Source: the human T2T-CHM13v2.0 reference genome, Homo sapiens. From it: a stretch of DNA of 64,000 nt. Position 1 is the stretch's first letter. The number at the start of each line of letters is the position of its first letter. Below the pieces are notes generated by a model. The model was not told the origin of the DNA and ran no database searches. It was given only the letters and a program-made list of their open reading frames with translations. This document shows, piece by piece, positions 55,301-64,000 of this stretch. The position numbers and the translations under genes were made by a program. Location of the stretch: the NCBI GenBank assembly GCA_009914755.4, contig CP086569.2:15968001-16032000 (forward strand), read 5' to 3'.

Positions 55301-58300
55301 AGCAATGTGTAGAAAGAAATTTATAGCACTAAATGCCCACAAGAGAAAGCAGGAAAGATCTAAAATTGACACCCTAACATCACAATTAAAAGAACAAGAG
55401 AAACAAGAACAAACGATCTCAAAAGCTAACAGAAAAGAAGAAGTAACTAAATTCAGAGAAGAACTGAAGGAGATAGAGAAACAAAAATCTCTTAAAAAAT
55501 CAATGAATCGAGCTGGTTTTTTGAAATGATCAACAAAATAGATGACTAGCAAGAATCATAAAGAAGAAAAGAGAGAAGAATCAAACAGATGCAATAAAAA
55601 ATGAAGGGGGTATCACCATCAATTTCACAGAAACACATACACCCTCCCAAGACTAAACCAGAAAGAAGTCGAATCTCTGAATATACCAATAACAACCAAA
55701 AAAAGTCCAGGACCAGAGAGATTCACTGCCAAATTCTACCAGAGGTACAAAGAGGAGCTGTTACCATTCCTTCTGAAACTATTCCAATCAACAAAGAAAG
55801 AAGGAATCCTCCCTAACTCATTTTATGAGGGCAGAATCATCCTGATAGCAAAGCCTGGCAGAGACACAACAAAAAAGTAGAATTTTAGGCCAATATCCGG
55901 GATAAACATCAATGCAAAAACCCTCAGTAAAATACTATCAAACCGAATCCAGCAGCACATCAAAAAGCTTATCCACCACGATCAAGTCAGCTTCATCCCT
56001 GGGATGCAAAGCTGGTTCAACATATGCAAATCAATCCATGTAATCCATCACATAAACAAAACCAATGACAAAAACCACATTTTTATCTCAATAGATGGAA
56101 AAAAGTCCTTTGACAAAATTCAACAGCCCTTCATGCTGAAAACTCTCAATAAACTAGTTATTGATGGAGCATATCTCAAAATAATAAGAGCTATTTATGA
56201 CAAACCAACAGTCAATATCATACTGAATGGGCAAAAACTGGAAGCATTCCCTTTGAAAACTGGCACAAGAAAAGGATGCCCTCTCGCCACTCCTATTAAA
56301 CATAATATTGAAAATTCTGGCCAGGGTTATCAGGCTAGAGAAATAAATAAATGATATTTAATCATGAATAGAGGAAGTCAAATTGTCTCTGTTTGCAGAT
56401 GACCTGATTGTATATTTAGAAAACTCCAACGACTCAGCTCCAAATCTTCTTAAGCTGATAAGCAACTTCTTCAAAGTCTCAGGATACAAAATCGATGTGT
56501 AAAAAATCACAAGCATTCCTGTACACCAATAACAGAAAAACAGAGAGCCAAATCATGAGTCAACTCACATTCACCATTGTTACAAAGAGAATAAAATACC
56601 TAGGAATGCAACTTAAAAGGGATGTGAATGACCTCTTCAAGGAGAACTACAAACCACTGCTCAATGAAATGAAAGAGGACACAAACAAATGAAAGGCCAT
56701 TCCATGCTCATAGATAGGAAGAATCAATGTCGTGAAAATGGCCATACTGCTCAAAGTAACTTATGGATTCTATGCTATTCCCATCAAGCTACCACTGACT
56801 TTCTTTATAGAATTAAAAAAAAAAAAAACTACTTTAAATTTCACAGGACCAAAAAGAGCCCTCATAGCCAAGACAATCCTAAGTAAAAATAACAAAGCTG
56901 GAGGCCTCACACTACCTTACTTCAAATATACTACAAGGCTTCAGTAACCAAAACAGCATGGTACTGGTACCAAACAGATATATAGACAAATGGAACAGAA
57001 TAGAGGTCTCAGAAATAACGTCACACATCTACAACCATCTGATCTTTGACAAACCTGACTAAAACATGCAATGGGGAAGGGATTCCCTATTTAATGAATG
57101 TTATTGGGAAAACTGACTAGCCATACGTAGAAAGCTGAAATTGGATCCATTCCTTTCATCTTATACAAAAATTATCTCAAGGTGGTTAAAGACTTAAATG
57201 TAAGAAACAAAACCATAAAAACCCTAGAAGGAAACCTAGGCAATACCATTCAAGTCATAGGCATAGATAAAGACTTAATGACTGAAACACCAAAAACAAT
57301 GGCAACAAAAGCCAAAATTGACAAATGGGATCTAGTTAAACTAAAGAGCTTCTGCACAGCAAAAGAAACTATCATCAGAGTAAACAGGCAACCTACAGAA
57401 TGGGAGAAAAATTTTGCAATCTATGTATCTGACAAAGAGCTAATACGCAAAATGTAAAATGAAATTAAACAAATTTACAAGAAAAACACAAACAACCCTA
57501 TTAAGGAGTGGGCAAAGGATATGAACAGACACTTTTCAAAAGAGGACATTTCTTCAGCCAGCAAACATATAAAAATGCTCATCATCACTGGTCATTAGAT
57601 AAATGCAATTCAAAACCACAATGAAATACCATCTCACTCCAGTTAGAATGGAAATCATTAAAAAAATCAGTGAACAACAGATGCTGGGAAGGATGTGGAG
57701 AAATAGGAACACTTTACACTGTTGTTGGGAGTGTAAATCAGTTCAACCATGTGAAAGACTGTGTGGCAATTCCTCAATGATCTAGAACTATAAATACCAT
57801 TTGACCCAGCAATCCCATTACTGGGTATATATCCAAATGATTGTAAATCATGCTACTATAAAGGCACATGCACACGTATGTTTATTGCAGCACTATTCAC
57901 AATACCAAAGACTTAGAACCAATCCAAATGTCCATCAACAATAGACTGAATAAAGAAAATGTGGCACATGTACATCATGGAATACTATGTAGCCAGAAAA
58001 TGGATGAGTTCATTTCCTTTGCAGGGACATGGATAAAGCTGGAAGCCATCATTCTCAGCAAACTATCACAAGGACAGCAAATCAAATACCACATGTTCTC
58101 ACTCAAAGTGGAAGTTGAACAATGAGAACACATGGACACAGGGAGGGAAACATCACAAACTGGGGCCTGTTGAGGGGTGGGGGAGCTAGGGGAGGGATAG
58201 CATTAGAAGAAATACCTAATGTAGATGATTAGTTGATGGGTGCAGCAAACCTACATGGCACTTGGATATGTAAATAACAAGCGGGTACATTGTGCATATG

Positions 58301-58336
58301 TACCCCAGAACTTAAAATATAATTAAAAAAAAATTC
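52337..58336 (+). mobile_element. ~6-kb older L1PA-type element: 5'-truncated within the 5'UTR, ORF1 and ORF2 degenerate, containing a ~770-bp internal tandem duplication (53667-54440 | 54441-~55175), and ending in 3'UTR plus a short poly(A)
   Basis: 5'UTR-like 'cccagtgtagcctaactgggaggttccccctagtaggggcagactgacacctcacacggc...ctgagggtcctgactgttagaaggaaaactaacaaacagaaaggacatccacaac..aaaaccacaaagatggggg'. ORF1 peptides at 53286-53471 read 'RATPRHIIVRFTKVETKEKMLRAAREKGRAIHKGKPIRLTDDL'. EN-domain peptides appear at 53759-54049 and again at 54256-54696. RT peptides are at 55601-56354. The 3' end reads '...gcacttggatatgtaaataacaagcgggtacattgtgcatatgtaccccagaacttaaaatataattaaaaaaaaa'. Confidence 0.9.
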
Positions 58337-59294
58337 ATCTGATGCATCCTTGTGTATCCATTTAAAAATAATTTGTACTTATCTAAAGAGTACCTAGATT
58401 CTCTCAAAGCACTATCTACAGAAAGGTTTCTCTATTTATGTTATAAACGTAATATAATAATTCACAAGGGAAAATATATGTTCAAGTTTGCAAAATTATG
58501 TGGTCAATTTTACAGTGTTTAGAAGCATTAGAAGTCATGAAAATATATGAATGGGTACTTGATTCATCATCTATATTAAAATGTCTATATTTAACTTTAA
58601 AATTATATTTTTTGGTAAACAAGTCTGTATTTGGTAATATTTTCTTCTTATTTAATTTAAATATACCATCTTTTGTTTTGTCTTCTAACCACTGGTTTGT
58701 GTTTGATGTTAACTACCCTTGCAATAGTTACAAACCTCCTAAATGACTAAGTGCCTAAAATCAGAACAAGAGAAACTCTGGAATTTGACAGACCTGCATT
58801 TGATAATTCTGTGTTAGTTACTGTGTGCGTTTGTGTAATCCTGGACAAGCCATTTAAGCTTTTAATATCCATTTAATACATTTAAATTGGATCAAGGTAT
58901 CTATCATGGGCTATACGCTGTCAAAAATTCCTACGTTTAATTTCTAAATCCCAGTACCATTGTATGTGACTGTATTTGGATACACCATCCTTAAAGAGGT
59001 GATTAATGTAAAATTAAGTCATGTGGATGTGAGCCCTTATAAAGTAGACCGGTATCCTTATAAGAAAAAGAGATGAGGACACAGAGGCACGACCATATGA
59101 GAACACAGGGAGAAGACAGCATCTACAAGCCGAGGAGAGAGGCCTCAGAAGGAGTCAGCCCTGCCAATGCCTTGATCTTGCACTCCAATGCTTCTGTTTT
59201 GAAGACTAACCAGCAGCCATTAAACTCCACAAGTGTTGTTGTTGTTGTTGTTTCTCTTTTATTTATTTTTTATTTTTATTTTTTAAATTTCATT

Positions 59295-59382
59295 ATTATT
59301 ATACTTTAAGTTTTAGGCTACTTGTGCACAACGTGCAGGTTTGTTACATATGTATACATGTCCCATGTTGGTGTGCTGCTTA
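59295..59382 (-). mobile_element. Tiny L1 3'-terminal fragment (~90 bp, antisense) next to a (GTT)6 run
   Basis: 'ttattatactttaagttttaggctacttgtgcacaacgtgcaggtttgttacatatgtatacatgtcccatgttggtgtgctgc', preceded by 'gttgttgttgttgttgtt' and a T-rich stretch. Confidence 0.65.
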
Positions 59383-60497
59383 ATAGTAAGGTGAAGTTTA
59401 TGAAAGTGAAGTGTTACAAACACACATAGCAAACTTTTTAGGTTACTTTCATTTTATTCACTGACATTCTGAAAACTAGGATTACCGATGATTTAACTCA
59501 CAACATAATTATTTTCATAAAATTAAATGTGGCAGTTTTTGGAAAGTTATTATTTTTACTTTTATTCTTTCACAAATTATCAAGCCAGAAAAAAGTCCCT
59601 TTCTCTCTAGAGATGACATTAGAATTTTACATGCTTCTCACAAACACGTTCTGTAGACTATATATATGTAATGTGCATTTTTTAGTATTTTCCAAGAGAG
59701 TAGAAAGACAGAACAACAAATAAAACCCCTAAACAGAAAAATCAAAGCTCAAATACATGTGATTTCACCTCCTCTACATTAGTTATTTGATAGAAATGTT
59801 TTCCATTTTCAGTTTTCACCAACTTTTCATTATGGACATATTTGGGGAAAGTTTACAGCTGTCCTTGCACTATTGAGTTTATTTTCACCCTATAGTTTCT
59901 ATTTTTGATAAAATGGGAGTACAATCAGTTCTATTTGCGCATCCCTTATCTATAAATGCTCCCAACTCCTGATGGATAATGTTAATATGGGAAAAAATTA
60001 AAAAGTTAAAACATAACAATATAACAATAAAAATCCAGAAAATACAGTGAAATGCCTATTTATATGGCATTTACATTGTATTAGGTACTGTAAGTAATCT
60101 AGAGATTATTTAAAGTATACAAGAGGATATGCATAGGTTATATGGAAAAAGGTATTTATCTAAGGGACTGGAGCATCTGAGGATTTTGCTATCCTCAGGA
60201 AGTCTTGGAGAAAATCACCTGCAGATACTGAGGGATGACTGTGCAAGTTTGAGGAAATATTTAATTGTCTCAGAGACATTTTTATGTCTGTTTCTAATCA
60301 GACTTCAACTGTTATATGTTCCCCACTGCAACATGTTTGTAATAATCTCTCCATTCCAATAGGTCTTCAACAGGTCTCCAATTCTCATTTATCTTGCAGA
60401 TTGTCATAAGACCCCACTGTTATTGCAAAATTCAGTTTCTTTTCTGTGTAAAGAATCTTTTTATTTTATTTATACTTATTATTTTTGTTATTAAGTT

Positions 60498-60612
60498 TTT
60501 GAGACACGGTTTTGCTCTATCACCCAAGCTGGAATTTAAGTGATTCTTCAGCCTCGCCCTCCGGAGTAGCTGTGACTGCAGTCACCTGCCACCATGCAGA
60601 GCTAATTGTCCT
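60498..60612 (-). mobile_element. Partial Alu (FLAM-like fragment, reverse)
   Basis: 'tttgagacacggttttgctctatcacccaagctggaatttaagtgattcttcagcctcgccctccggagtagctgtgactgcagtcacctgccaccatgc'. Confidence 0.5.
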
Positions 60613-60739
60613 CTGTGTAGAGAATCTTAAAAGGTAAAGTTTCACAGGACATGAAAATATAGGACAATAATAAAGTGTTTAAATTCCTGCATAAAACAGA
60701 TTTGAAGTTTCAAGTGCACAGGAAAAGCGTTATGTTTGC

Positions 60740-60907
60740 AAACTGAAAGTATTTAATTAAAAAGAATTGTAATACTTCCCATTGCAAAGTGTTATTCTTT
60801 AGTTTTTTTAAATGAAATTCTGAAAACTGAAAGTATTTAATTAAAAAGAATTGTAATACTTCCCATTGCAAAGTGTTATTCTTTAGTTTTTTTAAATGAA
60901 ATTCTAC
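60740..60907 (+). repeat. Perfect tandem duplication, 2 x 84 bp
   Basis: 'aactgaaagtatttaattaaaaagaattgtaatacttcccattgcaaagtgttattctttagtttttttaaatgaaattct..' occurs twice back to back with no mismatches that I can see. It creates the internally repetitive 73-aa ORF 60710-60931(-). Confidence 0.9.
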
Positions 60908-63900
60908 AGAGATAATGCACACAAAACACATCAGAATTTTGGATAATATATATTTAAGTTTAGTGATTGTTTTTAATTGTTCTTAACACAAAACCCAATT
61001 CATTTTATTATACTTTCTAAAATATTCTAAATGTCTTTTCTCTTACATCTGGTTTGGTTAACATCTTCTTCCTGGCTCCACAGAAGAAAATCTTCCTTTT
61101 CTTTTATAATCCAATATTATAGGTCTTCATCCTTCATGTTCTACAAAAACAATTGAACTGACATCTGTGGTTTGCCTCACCTGGGTTAAATCTACCTCAA
61201 CTCTTGCTCTTAATTTTGTCCTGGTCTCCCAAAATTACAATCAGTCTTCTTACTTAATCCACAAAACATTTATCTACCATGTTGTGCAAAAAAATTCTTT
61301 GTTCTTTTACTGATTTTTAATGCATATTACACATATTTGTGTATTTTCTGTTATTGTAGTTCTTTAACACTTATTTTCCAAAGGGCTTTATCTGTTAATG
61401 TCAAAACATTGCTGACATGGAGCAATTTATATTCTCTTCCTGAGACATCTGTGGATGGTTGATCTTGTTGCTGTTTTATTGAACCAGTTATATGTTTTTC
61501 TTTTTTTTCTGTGATCGTCTATACTCATGAACAGGCTGAGAAAAAGTAATGATAGGTTATTTTTTGTCTAGTAATGCCAAAAAAAAAAGGTTATTTAATT
61601 TTCTGAATTAAAATCAAGCTCATAATATTAGCAGGAAAGCTTGTTTTTCAAGTTTTGTCTGCATGTTGGTCAGTTGTGGCTAAGAAAAAGCAGCAAATAT
61701 TTGCCGCAAACATTTTCAGAACAGATTAAGAAATGACCCCTCCTTGAATCACTGAAGGAATGCAAGTATTTCACCTTTGAACAATACTTCACTCAGGAGG
61801 TAGCAGAGGACTGTGGTTTATTAGTTTATTTGAAATGTGCACGCCTTCACTGTTTTATCAAACTGTTGCATTTTATAGGAAAATAAAAGTTTGCCTGTGC
61901 ACTATAGGGGCCCAATGTTTTTGATTTGATGCTGTGCATGATTTTTTTTCTCTAGTATTAAAAGAACATCACACTGATTCTCATCCCAAAGATGTGAATA
62001 CTAGCTAGCTCTTTAATCTAATTTGATTTTTAATCTACTTCATTATAGTTTTAGTGTCTTGCATGCGTAAAAAATAGTTGCTAAAGAATCCTGAATTCAT
62101 ATATGGAAAGAGAAACTAGGGCTTTCTTAGATGGAAAGTATCTACCAGCTAATTTGATAATAATAATAATAATATAATTCCTCTATAAAGCTCTTTCCAA
62201 AACAGTCCTCTCTACATAAATGTCTTGGTAAGATTTACAAATCTATGAAGAAAAAAAGGTGACAAAATATAATGAATTTATTTTAAATTAAATAGTTTGG
62301 TTATCTGAATTTTAACATATCTTCATATAGAGCTGGGTCTCCAGGAAACATAATCTACTCTAGGTAAAGATTAACTCTAAATGGAAGATGCACCAAACAT
62401 GCTAATATATATAGTTTACCTTTTGTGCACACAAAACAAGGAAACAATAATGAGTCAAAATTTATGCTTTGATGAAAAGCACTAAATTCCTTGATCTGAA
62501 TCCTTTTGGTAAAGCTAAACTAGACAGTATTTAAATAATATGATTGACATTGACTACCAGCTATGCAATAATGGAGCAAGTTAAATAACCAAAGCATCCT
62601 GAAATAGTAACATCATTCATAGAATTGTTGTTACTTTGTGTCTTAAACACACTTAGGTAGTTTTTTCACATTTACTGGGCAGGACCACACAGAGTATGCA
62701 TTCAAGTTCTGTTACTTGAATTTAATTCAATTTGAATGCTTTGCTGTGTAAAATAAGGGAGACAATAAATAAAATTAAGTGGGGAGAGGGGAGAGAGAGA
62801 AATAAATGTACTCTAGTTAATTGAATGTCTCACACTGTGGCATGAATGAAACTTGCACGTTTATAACCAATTATTCCAAGTCTTCCTCAATTTTTCATAA
62901 CATATAACTGTTTTAATATAAGGTAGAAATAACATTTTGAAAAAGAGAATACTGTCTATAAGAAGGAATTATATCATAGTAATCATTTTCTGTACTGGTA
63001 AATAGTTCTTCTCTACCAATTCATGAAAACTTGTTTAAGTTACAGGTAAAAATTCAAACAAAATGAGTGTTTGCAGGCAGTAATGTGGTGCAGCTTCTCT
63101 CTTCTCTCTGGTCACATTGCAAATATAAATTCAATCTTGCTATTTTTCTTGTTGAATTACATAGTGGATAGAGTGGTCGATGCTCAATAAAATTGAGGCT
63201 TGGAAAGCTTCTGAAATTTCAACATGTTTTTCTTCGTGCCAGAAAGATGGAAAAAGTAACAAAAATATAAATCCCTTTCCTGTGTGCTTGTGCTAAATTG
63301 TCAGGAATTAGCACTCATTTTCCATTCTTAAAGCCCTCCATGAAGGCTATCCAACTCCTATTTCAGGGAGGAACAGTTAATAAAGGGGATGCTAAGAAAA
63401 AAATAAGCATCTTTTGGGGCTACAATGAACAATGGACCTGAAAAATGCTGGGTTTCTGGTTTCCCCCATCCTCTCAACTAACTTCCCTCTTTCTTCTCAC
63501 ATTCAAGTACTGACCTATGATAACAATACCTCTCACACTTCATCCAGTTTGGATTTCTCCATTTCCAATGCTGATTGCTATTTGCACATTTGCAGGGGTT
63601 TGTTTGAGCTGAAAAAGTAGTACTGCAGGTGAGTGTCTACTTTCCAGATGGAAAATCTGTCTACCAAAGGATCATTAAACTCTAAAGACATGGAGAGGTA
63701 TAGATAAATGAAAATGGAAAATTCTATGGTAAATTTAATGTCTTAGGCATTTTTAAAGTCATTTTAGTGGACAAGAAAACTATGGTGCATCTATATAATG
63801 GAAGCAAATCAGCAATAAAAAGCAAACAAACTATTAATACATGAGAAACCTTCAGCACATCTTAAGGGTATTATACTGTCAAGGTGTGGTGAGATTAAGT

Positions 63901-64000
63901 CCAATTTTAACTATCCTCACGGGTACCACTGAGGAAGGGCCCCTTATTCCTCTCATGACAGCTTTAAAAAGAAAGTTTGACCTTGTTACCTTCCTAACTT

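Overview
This window reads as primate (human or great-ape) nuclear DNA, not a prokaryotic or viral locus. It is AT-rich, gene-poor and densely packed with retrotransposons. At least 18 Alu copies are recognisable, including two near-consensus CpG-rich AluY inserts with clean target-site duplications (TSDs). There are eight or more L1 segments: two ~5-6 kb elements, a likely twin-priming inversion, and several 3' fragments. Two class-I (gammaretrovirus-like) endogenous retroviruses (ERVs) lie on the minus strand. One is an internally deleted ~5.2 kb provirus with two LTR7-like (HERV-H-type) LTRs, a gag capsid remnant and a protease remnant. The other is an env-TM plus integrase-core remnant split by the two AluY inserts. 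Microsatellites and low-complexity tracts include (AC)n, a ~320-bp (GAAA/GGAA)n, a ~680-bp polypyrimidine tract, and an AT-rich imperfect palindrome of ~400 bp. Essentially all listed six-frame ORFs are explained by L1 ORF1/ORF2 remnants, ERV gag/pro/env/IN remnants, or stop-free low-complexity repeats. I could not support any host protein-coding exon, RNA gene, CRISPR array or operon-like system. The only exon-like signal is one speculative splice-site-flanked 33-nt sequence near the 3' end. I found no new biological system. The most interesting items are structural: the LTR7/HERV-H provirus, the AluY-interrupted gamma-ERV env/IN, the AT-rich palindrome, the long R·Y tract, and several rearranged L1s.
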